The notes beneath the pieces were generated by a model. The model had not been told where the DNA came from. It saw only the letters and a list, made by a program, of their open reading frames with translations, and searched no databases. 64,000 nt of DNA from a virus (Duplodnaviria > Caudoviricetes): positions 698 to 64,697 of IMG/VR virus record IMGVR_UViG_3300028840_002850. The stretch is one strand, 5' to 3'. Below, piece by piece: positions 27,997-37,086 of this stretch (positions are counted from its first letter, which is position 1; each line of letters starts with the position of its first letter). Both the position numbers and the translations under genes were made by a program.

Positions 27997-28193
27997 ACGA
28001 ACTAATCATAACTAACGAAGTAGTTGCTGTAATTGTATTATGGATTCTTTTAAGTTTCGCTCTGTGGGGTGTGATTGATTTAATGAACCGACTCAGTTTT
28101 TGGGGTGAACGAATTGTTAAGCGGTTTATTGATAGAATTCGTAATTTTAGTTTTCAATGTGAATTCCCGGATATCGAAGATATTGAACCATGA
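27993..28193 (+). CDS. Small membrane protein
   Basis: ATGA coupling; hydrophobic N-terminus. Confidence 0.5.
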   Translation: MNELIITNEVVAVIVLWILLSFALWGVIDLMNRLSFWGERIVKRFIDRIRNFSFQCEFPDIEDIEP

Positions 28194-28274
28194 TTGAAAA
28201 GGTATTCATAGCTTTGGGGCTGGCTGTTTTAGCTTGCTACATTCCGATATATTGGAGGGCATTACGCAGAGAGA

Positions 28275-28595
28275 TTGATGCTGAAGACGATAGGGAAAAT
28301 GAGTCCGAATCTAATTCACGGTCGAGCAGTGGGGGAGTGGGAGGCGAGAATCAAGTCGAACGAACAGACGATAGTGAATGCGATTAAATTTCTGCAAGTT
28401 TTTTATGAACTCAAACCCCACGGCAGGGAAGTATCAAGGAGTCACATCGATGATGCCTGTGATTTTAAACCGTGGACATCTCGCAGATGGCTTGAAGCGG
28501 CTTCTCGGGTTCTGCCACTTACACGTAGGGCTACTGTTGGCAATGAGTATCCTAAAAACTATTACAGATGGAAAACTATAAAGACTGATGATTAA
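28275..28595 (+). CDS. HTH-like protein
   Basis: AIKFLQVF...SRRWLEAASRVLPL resembles 26720..26989. Confidence 0.5.
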   Translation: MMLKTIGKMSPNLIHGRAVGEWEARIKSNEQTIVNAIKFLQVFYELKPHGREVSRSHIDDACDFKPWTSRRWLEAASRVLPLTRRATVGNEYPKNYYRWKTIKTDD

Positions 28596-28605
28596 AATTA
28601 TTTAG

Positions 28606-28788
28606 ATGAACAGATGCGAGCGCCCAACACACAAATGCAAAATGTTCCGATGCACCGCTGAAACTTATAAAGAGCAACAGGAATGTGAATATTTTGATAA
28701 AGCAACTCGGGTGAAAAGATGTTTTTACCAAGTTCCGCTCGACGATTTCGTTCATTGCGGTTCGTGCGAAGCGCAAAATAATGCTTAA
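28606..28788 (+). CDS. Cys-rich small protein
   Basis: Multiple cysteines; coupled to the next gene. Confidence 0.5.
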   Translation: MNRCERPTHKCKMFRCTAETYKEQQECEYFDKATRVKRCFYQVPLDDFVHCGSCEAQNNA

Positions 28789-29152
28789 AAACAAAGCTGA
28801 AATAAATCAAAGCATTACCATAGACGATGAGGCTCTTGACAAACTCAGCCACGTCCAGGGTAATGTCTATATAATCAACAGCAACGATGGCTCGATCAAC
28901 ACCCAGATAAATGCGTCTGCTCTTTCTGATTGCTTAGAGCGATATTACAAGGACGGTATAAGCTTCAAGGAAATTGTTACTGAGGTAAAACGACTTTATC
29001 TCAGCTTCGCTGTTAGGGATAGCGTTAATTACAGTCAGGCCGCACGGCGTATCAAGCTGGACCGCAAGGCAATAGAATATTATTTTTACCCAAACGACAG
29101 GCTCGGGGTCTTTAAAGACAAGAAGCTCATAACCGATGGGGGCAAGAAATGA
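28781..29152 (+). CDS. Fis-type HTH protein
   Basis: SFKEIVTEVKRLYL...NYSQAARRIKLDRKAI. Confidence 0.6.
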   Translation: MLKNKAEINQSITIDDEALDKLSHVQGNVYIINSNDGSINTQINASALSDCLERYYKDGISFKEIVTEVKRLYLSFAVRDSVNYSQAARRIKLDRKAIEYYFYPNDRLGVFKDKKLITDGGKK

Positions 29153-29361
29153 AATGCCCTAGTTGTGGCAAAAGACTCTATGTAGCCGATAGCTTTTCGA
29201 CCGAAGATCCCCCGGGACTCATAGAGCGAATCAGGTATATGGAATGCAAGAGTTGTGATTATACGAGGAAGAACGGGAATATAAAGGACATCTGGTATCT
29301 ATCACGAACGAAATCTTGGGTTGAGGATATGGGGTATAAAAAAGCCCCACTTGCTGAGTAG
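29149..29361 (+). CDS. Zn-ribbon (NrdR/Ogr-like) protein
   Basis: MKCPSCG...VADS...RIRYMECKSC. Confidence 0.55.
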   Translation: MKCPSCGKRLYVADSFSTEDPPGLIERIRYMECKSCDYTRKNGNIKDIWYLSRTKSWVEDMGYKKAPLAE

Positions 29362-29368
29362 GGCTTTT
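29340..29368. terminator. Bidirectional terminator
   Basis: AAAAGCCC-loop-GGGCTTTT between convergent genes. Confidence 0.6.
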
Positions 29369-29388
29369 CGGGAGTTGTTTATTCCAAG

Positions 29389-29559
29389 TCAGGTGTTTTT
29401 CTTTTTGCGATAAATTTTCTTTTTTGGCGTTATAATGTTTGACCGATCTTCCTTAACTTCAACAAATCGGCAAACATGACCATCAGTCCATTTGATAGGT
29501 TCGGGTTTTCTGTTGGAAATAACCTCATGGTTACAATAGGCGCAGACATATGATTTCAT
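29389..29559 (-). CDS. Small Zn-binding basic protein (56 aa)
   Basis: MKSYVCAYC...HVC; RBS GGAG; stop within a CACCTGA motif copy. Confidence 0.55.
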   Translation of the reverse strand: MKSYVCAYCNHEVISNRKPEPIKWTDGHVCRFVEVKEDRSNIITPKKKIYRKKKNT

Positions 29560-29568
29560 GGTGTTCTC

Positions 29569-29790
29569 CTAAAAGTGATAGGTACAATCTTCTGTTGGAT
29601 CGTAATTGTGTTTGATGTCATTATACGCCGATTTAAAGCTTTGGAAGTCCAGATTAAGTTTTTTGGCATAGGCTCGGAGGTATTTATCTTTAATGTTTTT
29701 ATGATCGACTTCGCCGTATGCTCGGATTATTAGTTCTTTGGCGTATCCTGCACAAACGTCATAGCTTTTTGATGGTGGGTATTTTTTCAT
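29569..29790 (-). CDS. Hypothetical protein
   Basis: 73-aa ORF in a small leftward operon. Confidence 0.5.
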   Translation of the reverse strand: MKKYPPSKSYDVCAGYAKELIIRAYGEVDHKNIKDKYLRAYAKKLNLDFQSFKSAYNDIKHNYDPTEDCTYHF

Positions 29791-29808
29791 AGATAACCTG
29801 CTTTCTAA

Positions 29809-29985
29809 CTATATGCTTTTCGGCCTTCCCGCAGGAAGGCGCTTGAAGTTTTTGAGATCATCCTCTTTGACAAACCAATCCCGGCCTATCTTCTCGGCGG
29901 GGAGTCTCCCGCTTTGGACTAGCTGCCATACTCGGACCCTTGTGAGTCTGAGTTTTTGGGCAACTTCTGGAAGTGTTTTCAACAT
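29809..29985 (-). CDS. Excisionase-family HTH protein (58 aa)
   Basis: MLKTLPEVAQKLRLTRVRVWQLVQSGRLPAEKIGRDWFV; missed by the ORF track. Confidence 0.75.
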   Translation of the reverse strand: MLKTLPEVAQKLRLTRVRVWQLVQSGRLPAEKIGRDWFVKEDDLKNFKRLPAGRPKSI

Positions 29986-30029
29986 AGGCGAATCCTTTCT
30001 TTTTCTGGGTAATTTTATTATCCAAGATT

Positions 30030-30058
30030 AATATATATGCTCGTAAATAGTTTGTCAA
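30030..30058 (-). promoter_or_regulatory. Sigma70-like promoter
   Basis: Minus strand TTGACA-N17-TATATT. Confidence 0.6.
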
Positions 30059-30125
30059 GTCTTTTTTTGAAAAAAAAATGAACTTTTTTAAAATATTTTT
30101 CTTTCGTATTTTCCGATAGACCCTC

Positions 30126-30154
30126 TTGCATCCCCTTTCCCTGTTTACGATAAT
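30126..30154 (+). promoter_or_regulatory. Candidate promoter for the packaging/late region
   Basis: TTGCAT-N17-GATAAT followed by GC hairpins. Confidence 0.4.
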
Positions 30155-30396
30155 AATATCGTACACGTGTCCTCCTTAACAGAGCCCCGGTTTTCCTCCT
30201 TTCGCCGGGGCCACGCAAACTACCCCAACGCTTTCGAGCTTGGGCGCGGGTGGGGTGTAACAGCCCCGCCCTGCTTTAAATTTATGGAACAAGTCTTTAA
30301 GCAAAACAGATCGGTTTTGGGGCCTTATGTTCTGCATGTAATACTGTGCGCGGCTCTCGCAATAGGTCTGATAGTCAAGCTGTGTTGGGATAGGGT

Positions 30397-30801
30397 ATGC
30401 CGCAACCGATAGACCCATCAACTGCGATTAGACGTGCATTGATAGTTATCCTGTGCATCTTTGTCTGTGCGGGTTTTGTGGTTTGGGCAACCATCAGTCA
30501 GGCGTTTACATTTAAGATAGAAAACAACTTGGACGCCACCGTTGTCTGTGGACTGTTTGAAAGAGATCACGACCTATCGGAATACCCCGGACCGATAAAC
30601 CGATTTACAGGAGAAATCAAGGGGCATTCAAGTCGGCAGCTAATCGGTGCATTTGAATCCGGTAAGTATTTTGTATTCTGGCATGACATCAATGAACTCT
30701 GGGATACAAGAGCAGAGTTTGAAATCCCGCCCCATGTTACTAACGAGATCGTCACGGTATCAATTGATTTCATCCCAATGAAGATCACGGTAATTAAGTA
30801 A
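30397..30801 (+). CDS. Membrane/secreted hypothetical protein
   Basis: N-terminal hydrophobic helix. Confidence 0.55.
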   Translation: MPQPIDPSTAIRRALIVILCIFVCAGFVVWATISQAFTFKIENNLDATVVCGLFERDHDLSEYPGPINRFTGEIKGHSSRQLIGAFESGKYFVFWHDINELWDTRAEFEIPPHVTNEIVTVSIDFIPMKITVIK

Positions 30802-30811
30802 GAAATTAAAA

Positions 30812-31330
30812 ATGCCAGTTAAAAAGAAACCAACCCGCAAACCAGCCAAAAAGAAACGCCCGATGGGTGCTCCTACCAAGTACACCAAAAGATACTGTAC
30901 TGCAATTATCAAATACTTCGATGTCCCTCATTCTAAGATAATAACCGAAACATACGCATATAAAAACGGCGATACACGCGAAAGGGAAATTGAGGTTGCA
31001 AACGACATACCGTTAATATCGGAATTTGCAAATAGCATTGGAGTAAGCAAAACAACACTATTGGCGTGGACTGAGAGGCATCCCGACTTCCTGAACGCCT
31101 ATAATAAAGCCAAAGAAATGCAGTTGGCCTTTTGGATGAAAAACGGGCTCAAGGGGCTTTACAATGCACCTTTCGCTATCTTTACAGGAAAGAATATGTT
31201 CGGGTGGCGTGATCAGAAGGATATCGACCTGAAAACAGACAATAAACACAAGCTTGAACTGAGCGACGAGGACCGGCAGCTAATCAAAGAGCTTGCCAAG
31301 CAGATGGCGATAACGAGATCTAAGGGGTAA
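30812..31330 (+). CDS. Terminase small subunit (P22 gp3-like)
   Basis: GAPTKY, FANSIGVSKTTLLAW...HPDF, GLYNAPFAIF...KNMFGWRD. Confidence 0.85.
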   Translation: MPVKKKPTRKPAKKKRPMGAPTKYTKRYCTAIIKYFDVPHSKIITETYAYKNGDTREREIEVANDIPLISEFANSIGVSKTTLLAWTERHPDFLNAYNKAKEMQLAFWMKNGLKGLYNAPFAIFTGKNMFGWRDQKDIDLKTDNKHKLELSDEDRQLIKELAKQMAITRSKG

Positions 31331-31331
31331 G

Positions 31332-32993
31332 ATGCCAGACACAGCTGAAGATTTGACCTACAAGATGATGGAGATCGACCCCTGGGCCTGGGCTGAATAT
31401 TCAAAGATTTCTCTTGTTGATGGGCAGTTTGGCATTGAGGATCGGGCATACCAGATCGAGCCCCTTCAATCTGAAGCACAAAGGATGTGCGCTCGGAAGG
31501 CCACTCAGGGTGGATGGACGCTTATTGAGGTTATCCGGTGTCTGCACCGCATGATCAAGGGCGTTTATCCCAAAGGCATTCTTTACCTGTTTCCAACCGC
31601 TGATGACGTGACCGATTTTAGTTCATCCCGTTTTAAACCTCTCATTAATGACAATCCCCAGGCGATAGGCCGCTATGTCCGGGATACCAACCGCGACAAC
31701 CTAAAGCGAATAGGCGACGGCTTCCTGTATTTCCGTGGTGCGAAGCTGGCAAATCCTGTCAAGGGCCACCAGAAGACATCAGCCAAGCTTAAATCTATTC
31801 CGGTGGATTCGGTTGTATTCGATGAGTTTGACGAAATGGACGTAGGGGCGCAGGGATTGGCCCGGGCACGTATGGCTGACTCGTCGTTTAAGGACGAGGC
31901 TTACCTTGCAAACCCCACCATACCTGATTACGGCATCGATTATCTGTATGAAACCAAGTCAGACCGCAGGGTATGGACTATCAAATGCCAAGCGTGTGGC
32001 AAAGATGCGTGTTTAGAGCTGGAATTTCCTAATTGCCTGAAGCGCAGGACCGATGGCAGTGTTTACCTTGCATGTATCAAGTGTGGCCGGGAAGTGTTTG
32101 TCAAAGACGGCCGGTGGATTGCCCGGAACCCCGAGCGCAGCAACTACATGCACGGCTACTGGAACTCGCAGCTTATCCAGCCGAACACCGATCTGACCGA
32201 TTTGCTCAATGAATACGAGCAGATGTCCTTCGCCCAGAATGTATCAAAAGCTACCACCGACTTTTACAATCTTCGGATGGGTATGGCTTACATTGCGGCT
32301 GAAAACAGGCTTACCGTCAATGATGTCTACCATGTTTGCACAATGGACCCCATGATGCACACCCATATCGGTCCTTGTGCGGCTGGCATCGATGTTGGCA
32401 GCAAGCTTCACGTGGTTATCGGCTACCGGCCGGCAGACTATGGGTTAAGAATTGTCAGGGTTGCCCGGGTATCTACATTTAATGATGTTTACGATTTATG
32501 TAGTAAATTCAACGTATCCACCGCAGTTTTTGACCTAAAGCCTGAGATTCACAAGGTACGTGAATTCCGGGATAATGTGAACTTTGAGGTGTTTGGCTGC
32601 GATTATCAGGAAAACCAGCGCACTGCACCAGCCTTTGATTCGAATAGAGGCATTGTCACCATTAACAGAACGGAAGTGTGCGACGCCACGCACGACCTAA
32701 TCACCGTACCCGGCAGGGTTGAGCTTCCCAGGCGAGACGATGAGATAGAGCAATATGCCGTTGAGATGGCCAATATCGCTAAAGTGCTTGAAGAAGACGA
32801 GCAGACCGGTTCGAAACAATACGTCTACCGCAAGTTAGGGGACGATCATTACCGCCATGCCACCAACTATTTCTTATTGGCTGCAATGCGGATAGGCGTA
32901 TGTGACCCTGAATTTGAGAAGAACAGACCCAAAGACGGATGGGCCGACGCCTTTCAGGATGTCGGTGAATTCGGTGGGTTTATGGGAGCGTAA
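31332..32993 (+). CDS. Terminase large subunit (GpA-like)
   Basis: RKATQGGWT Walker A-like, FDEFD Walker B, NPT, CxxC pairs, GIDVG and DDHYRHA nuclease motifs. Confidence 0.85.
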   Translation: MPDTAEDLTYKMMEIDPWAWAEYSKISLVDGQFGIEDRAYQIEPLQSEAQRMCARKATQGGWTLIEVIRCLHRMIKGVYPKGILYLFPTADDVTDFSSSRFKPLINDNPQAIGRYVRDTNRDNLKRIGDGFLYFRGAKLANPVKGHQKTSAKLKSIPVDSVVFDEFDEMDVGAQGLARARMADSSFKDEAYLANPTIPDYGIDYLYETKSDRRVWTIKCQACGKDACLELEFPNCLKRRTDGSVYLACIKCGREVFVKDGRWIARNPERSNYMHGYWNSQLIQPNTDLTDLLNEYEQMSFAQNVSKATTDFYNLRMGMAYIAAENRLTVNDVYHVCTMDPMMHTHIGPCAAGIDVGSKLHVVIGYRPADYGLRIVRVARVSTFNDVYDLCSKFNVSTAVFDLKPEIHKVREFRDNVNFEVFGCDYQENQRTAPAFDSNRGIVTINRTEVCDATHDLITVPGRVELPRRDDEIEQYAVEMANIAKVLEEDEQTGSKQYVYRKLGDDHYRHATNYFLLAAMRIGVCDPEFEKNRPKDGWADAFQDVGEFGGFMGA

Positions 32994-34889
32994 ATGAGTG
33001 AAATAGACTCCATAGAAAATAAAACCCTGAAAACAGGAAGGAAACGCTTTAAGGAAGTCAGAGAATGCCCTGCTGAAAAGACCTTCAGGGAGCAGAGCAA
33101 CAAAGACCTCCATTATTTTACCGGGGAGGATCAGGGATGGGACGATGAGGGCGCCCGGGCCAAGCTAACCGAAGAGGGCCGGCCGGCAATGACCTTGAAC
33201 CGGGAAGCACCTATCATTCGCTTGATTCAGGGAGCCAGACCCCAAGCTGATGCTCGTTTCACCGCTGTTGAAGAGGGAGATGTCGAAACCGCTGATATTC
33301 TTAACTCTGTTAAGGATCATGTTGACGGTGTAAACCGCTGGAAATTTATGGAATCAGACTGGTTTAGGGACAGCTTGATTAAAAGCAGGGCAGTGGTGGG
33401 CATATTCCCAAGCTATGATAAGGACATCAGGGGTGAGATTGAGCTTAATGTCGAGGATGGCCACAAGTTTTACTTTGACCCCAACGCCAAGAGGCGGGAT
33501 CGCTCGGATGGCGATTATATGTTCAAGGTTGAGTCCATGTCCCCCGACCAGGCCAAGCGCATGTGGCCCAAGTCAAAGGGCAAAATAGAAGAACTGACCA
33601 TAAACGCCGATGAGGATGTTAGCGGCCACGTGTCGCGGCAGGAGTCAAAACCCGATGATTACGAGGATTTAAGGTCTGATTACTACGATTCAGCCAACAA
33701 CCGGCTTACCGTCGTTTATTACTGGCACAAAGAATACGAGAACGTAACCAAGATTATCGACCTGATGGACCCGGCTAATTCGGTCTTTGAGTCACCCAAG
33801 AGCAAGGAAGAGGTCGAAAACGAACTGGCTGAGATTTCCGATGCGCCCGAAAGATTCAGGGTTGTCTCGGTTGAGTATGTGAACGTGCGCTTTATGGTTT
33901 TCTGCCACGACATCATATTTGAAGAGGGCGACACCCCCTGGTTGCGTGAGGATGGTAAAAGAACGCTGTTAAGCGAGAACTTCCCATATATCTGTGCCGA
34001 GCCCGAAAGAATACACGCTGGAACCCGGCAGGAGCTTATCTCGATCTTAAATCCCCTGCACGACCCTCAGAAGTTTCACAATAAGCTGGCCAGCGCAATT
34101 ATCCATATCATCGGCACTACTGCGAATACCGGCTGGGAATACGAAAAAGGCGCTATTTCCCGCAAGGAAGCCCAGAAGCTAAAGAAATACGGCTCCAAGC
34201 CCGGTGTTAACATTACGTGGGAAAAAGATGCACTGGCACAGAACAGAGCCAGGAAGATTCAGCCGACCATACCGCCCCAGTCTCACATGATGCAGGCAAA
34301 GCAGATGGCCGCTGATATTCTGGATATTTCAGGGGTTGAATCACTGGTGAGCACAGAATCATTAGGTAAAGGGGCTTCCGGCAAGGCGATTGACCTGAAA
34401 CAAAGGCAGGGCGGCAATATCATCGATTGGGTGTTCGAGTCCTTCAGGTTCTTCCAGCATGTTTTAACCGAGTATGTACGGGATGCCATTCAGGTGCTTT
34501 ACAACTACGAGAAGGTTATCAGGATTACCGGGCCCAACACTCGCTATGTCCGAATTAATGAGAACGTCTACGATCAGATGGGCGCAATTGCGGAGGTTCT
34601 AAACGATGTTACCATCGGGGATTATGATGTGTCTATCGTGGACAAGGAAGTGCTGCCAACGATGAGGCTTGAGCGATTTCGGGAGTTTGTATCACTGGTC
34701 AAAGAGGGTGCCTTGCAGCTGCCACCGCCCGTTTTAACCAAGGTTGTCATGGAACTAATGGAAGATCCGCAGCTTAAACAGATAGTCGAGGAAGAAATGT
34801 CGGTCTTCGAGCAGCAAATGGCTCAGATGATGCAACAGCAACAGGGCATGGGCGCACAACCTCAACAGATGGGGATGCAGGGGTTTTAA
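32994..34889 (+). CDS. Portal protein (P22-like)
   Basis: YFTGEDQGW, GRPAMTLN, DPQKFHNK, SGKAIDLKQRQG and GDYDVSI. Confidence 0.85.
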   Translation: MSEIDSIENKTLKTGRKRFKEVRECPAEKTFREQSNKDLHYFTGEDQGWDDEGARAKLTEEGRPAMTLNREAPIIRLIQGARPQADARFTAVEEGDVETADILNSVKDHVDGVNRWKFMESDWFRDSLIKSRAVVGIFPSYDKDIRGEIELNVEDGHKFYFDPNAKRRDRSDGDYMFKVESMSPDQAKRMWPKSKGKIEELTINADEDVSGHVSRQESKPDDYEDLRSDYYDSANNRLTVVYYWHKEYENVTKIIDLMDPANSVFESPKSKEEVENELAEISDAPERFRVVSVEYVNVRFMVFCHDIIFEEGDTPWLREDGKRTLLSENFPYICAEPERIHAGTRQELISILNPLHDPQKFHNKLASAIIHIIGTTANTGWEYEKGAISRKEAQKLKKYGSKPGVNITWEKDALAQNRARKIQPTIPPQSHMMQAKQMAADILDISGVESLVSTESLGKGASGKAIDLKQRQGGNIIDWVFESFRFFQHVLTEYVRDAIQVLYNYEKVIRITGPNTRYVRINENVYDQMGAIAEVLNDVTIGDYDVSIVDKEVLPTMRLERFREFVSLVKEGALQLPPPVLTKVVMELMEDPQLKQIVEEEMSVFEQQMAQMMQQQQGMGAQPQQMGMQGF

Positions 34890-34996
34890 TGTCGAATCTA
34901 ATGTGCAGTGATCATAAGGCCACCAACCCGGAATACCGGAAACGGTATGATACCGTTCGGTGGAATAAAACTAAAGATCGGAAGAAAAAGAAATAA

Positions 34997-35443
34997 ATGC
35001 CAAGCTTTCTATCACATAAGCTCAAGCTGATATTCTGCCATATACCGAGAACGGGCGGAACATCATTCACGAAAGCCATTGAACCGTATTTAGGGTTTGA
35101 TGTCGAAAACGATTTTCCCCAGCACATACCAATGTCTGATTTTGCTATCGGCAGACTCGGCAGGTATTTCGATCAGTACCTAAAGGTTTCGATATGGCGG
35201 GATGACAGGGAGCGATTTGCCAGTCTGTCGATTGGCGCAGCCCTAGCCCCGCAACTGATTCCAAAGGATGACCCTTACTACTGGCGAACCAACGAGCAGT
35301 GGCTTAACGATCATAAAAATAAGAATCTTGCAGATGTTTTGATTAATTTCGACAGATTACCGGGGAGCGCAGTACGGTTTATCCAAGCCATAACAGGTAT
35401 TCGTGTTGATGAATATCCTCATCTGAATAAGAGGGATACATGA
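34997..35443 (+). CDS. Sulfotransferase family 2-like protein
   Basis: FCHIPRTGGTS (5'-PSB loop), RDDRERFAS (3'-PB-like), YPHLN end. Confidence 0.7.
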   Translation: MPSFLSHKLKLIFCHIPRTGGTSFTKAIEPYLGFDVENDFPQHIPMSDFAIGRLGRYFDQYLKVSIWRDDRERFASLSIGAALAPQLIPKDDPYYWRTNEQWLNDHKNKNLADVLINFDRLPGSAVRFIQAITGIRVDEYPHLNKRDT

Positions 35444-35838
35444 ATCAACCCATTAAACACTGGTCAATCATAGCAATTTCCGGGCCTGAGATAGAGACAC
35501 GGAAGGCCAGGCACGACATTCTTTCAGAGCAACTTTATAACAAAGTACTTGCATTTGGTCATCCAGACGATTACGGGCTATACCCCGACACTTCCGGGTA
35601 TGATTCGGATAATTGGGAAGATGTTGAGCTTTTAGACGAGGACGGCAACCTGTTCAGGCACATGACTAAGTGCATGGACGCCGTTTTAGAGTATGTCAAC
35701 AAAAAATACAAAAAAGCCAGCAACCTGTACCCTGGGGAGATTGAAAAGTCAATCCACTGGCCGAAAAAAGGTGGCAAGATGTTCTTTGTCACTGGCCACG
35801 TTACGGTTATGCCGGGAAAGGTAGGGTTACTTCATTGA
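35440..35838 (+). CDS. Hypothetical protein
   Basis: ATGA-coupled ORF. Confidence 0.55.
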   Translation: MNQPIKHWSIIAISGPEIETRKARHDILSEQLYNKVLAFGHPDDYGLYPDTSGYDSDNWEDVELLDEDGNLFRHMTKCMDAVLEYVNKKYKKASNLYPGEIEKSIHWPKKGGKMFFVTGHVTVMPGKVGLLH

Positions 35839-36020
35839 GTCTTGAATTCGACACATTTGACATTGATGTAACAACCAAAAAAGATGATGTTAATAACTTT
35901 CTAAAGGGTTGTCAGATGTTTTTTATCATAGATTTGCCGAATGGCAAGAAAAGAATATGGGCATCTTTTAGGTACGATGCCATTGACGATAAATTTAGAG
36001 AGAAAGAAACGATCAACTAA
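35835..36020 (+). CDS. Hypothetical protein
   Basis: Coupled ORF. Confidence 0.45.
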   Translation: MSLEFDTFDIDVTTKKDDVNNFLKGCQMFFIIDLPNGKKRIWASFRYDAIDDKFREKETIN

Positions 36021-36030
36021 GGAGATGATA

Positions 36031-36363
36031 ATGCCAGAAAAAGCCAAGAAAGAAAAAAAGGTCGAAATGACGGCCGAGATCAAGGACGTTCAGCCAGCGC
36101 CAGAACCGCCATTTTACGAGGCAGACCTTGAGTTTACAAGGATCAACAAGTTCACAGCCCGTTATCGGGTACTAAATTCCGCAGGTGCGCCGCTTGACCT
36201 CCATCATTTAGAATTCGATAGGAGCGCATTTCCCGAAGACGATGATTTCAACCCTGATTTCATTAACCGGGAACTGCCCAACGATAAGGATCATGCGTCA
36301 TTAAGGGAAAAGCAGGCGTATTTCCGGTCATTTATGCGCCTTGCGATGGCGATTGCAAAGTAG
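36031..36363 (+). CDS. Hypothetical protein
   Basis: RBS AGGAG before MPEKAKK. Confidence 0.55.
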   Translation: MPEKAKKEKKVEMTAEIKDVQPAPEPPFYEADLEFTRINKFTARYRVLNSAGAPLDLHHLEFDRSAFPEDDDFNPDFINRELPNDKDHASLREKQAYFRSFMRLAMAIAK

Positions 36364-36364
36364 G

Positions 36365-36523
36365 ATGCCAACACCCCGCAAAGGCGAAAGCCGGGACGAT
36401 TATCTGAAACGCTGTATTCCAATTGTCCTGAACGAAGGTGAAGTGAAATCTGTTGAACATGCAGCTGGCAAGTGCGGAGGTATGTACGACCATTGGAAGG
36501 AAAAAAATGTTAAAAATAATTAG
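36365..36523 (+). CDS. Small phage head-region protein
   Basis: MPTPRKGESRDDYLKRCI...AAGKC. Confidence 0.55.
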   Translation: MPTPRKGESRDDYLKRCIPIVLNEGEVKSVEHAAGKCGGMYDHWKEKNVKNN

Positions 36524-36857
36524 CATTGCAATCATAATTTCAATCGTTTCTGTTGCGATGATTGCAATCATAATTTCAATCGCTTCTGTTGCGATGGGTG
36601 AAGGTGAAGATGTGCGTCTCGATCTTGAAGATGAGAATATTAGTTCCATAAGGGAAGACGAAAAATTAAGAATAGCGGAAGCAGGGTTTGTGGTTTTTCA
36701 AGAGTACGATAACGATGAGATATTCAGAGTACTAATGCCCGAGGGATACCCAGAGACGGAATTAACGACAAGTAATGTTTTTATTACATTTCCAGATATG
36801 TACGGCAAATATTCTATAGAAGAAATTAAATCAGCATTAAGGCAAAAGCGCCGATGA
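36507..36857 (+). CDS. Membrane/secreted protein with a 36-bp tandem duplication in its hydrophobic segment
   Basis: 36525-36560 and 36561-36596 differ by one base. Confidence 0.55.
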   Translation: MLKIISIAIIISIVSVAMIAIIISIASVAMGEGEDVRLDLEDENISSIREDEKLRIAEAGFVVFQEYDNDEIFRVLMPEGYPETELTTSNVFITFPDMYGKYSIEEIKSALRQKRR

Positions 36858-36952
36858 CTGAAGACACCCGCAAGCTAATTAAAGTTTTAAAACGTGGCTT
36901 GAAGTTTATCATTTCCCTGTTAGAGAAGATAGAAAGGGGAGAGGAAGTCTAA
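36854..36952 (+). CDS. 32-aa amphipathic peptide upstream of a structured leader
   Basis: MTEDTRKLIKVLKRGLKFIISLLEKIERGEEV; ATGA coupling. Confidence 0.5.
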   Translation: MTEDTRKLIKVLKRGLKFIISLLEKIERGEEV

Positions 36953-37015
36953 AAACATAACCACCCCCGGCCTCCGTTGAACGCCGAGGGTTAAAGTCCA
37001 TAACGCTTTTTAACC

Positions 37016-37065
37016 GAAGCCTCATGGAGTCAATCAAGATTATGACTCTATGGGGCTTTTTTATT
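37016..37065 (+). terminator. Long hairpin + U-tract upstream of the scaffold gene
   Basis: AAGCCTCATGGAGTCA...TGACTCTATGGGGCTT followed by TTTT. Confidence 0.65.
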
Positions 37066-37086
37066 TCAAACTAAGGAGAAAAAAAC

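Noticed and set aside
36525-36596. 36-bp tandem duplication as a regulatory repeat
   Set aside because: In-frame two-copy duplication within a hydrophobic segment; likely simple slippage.
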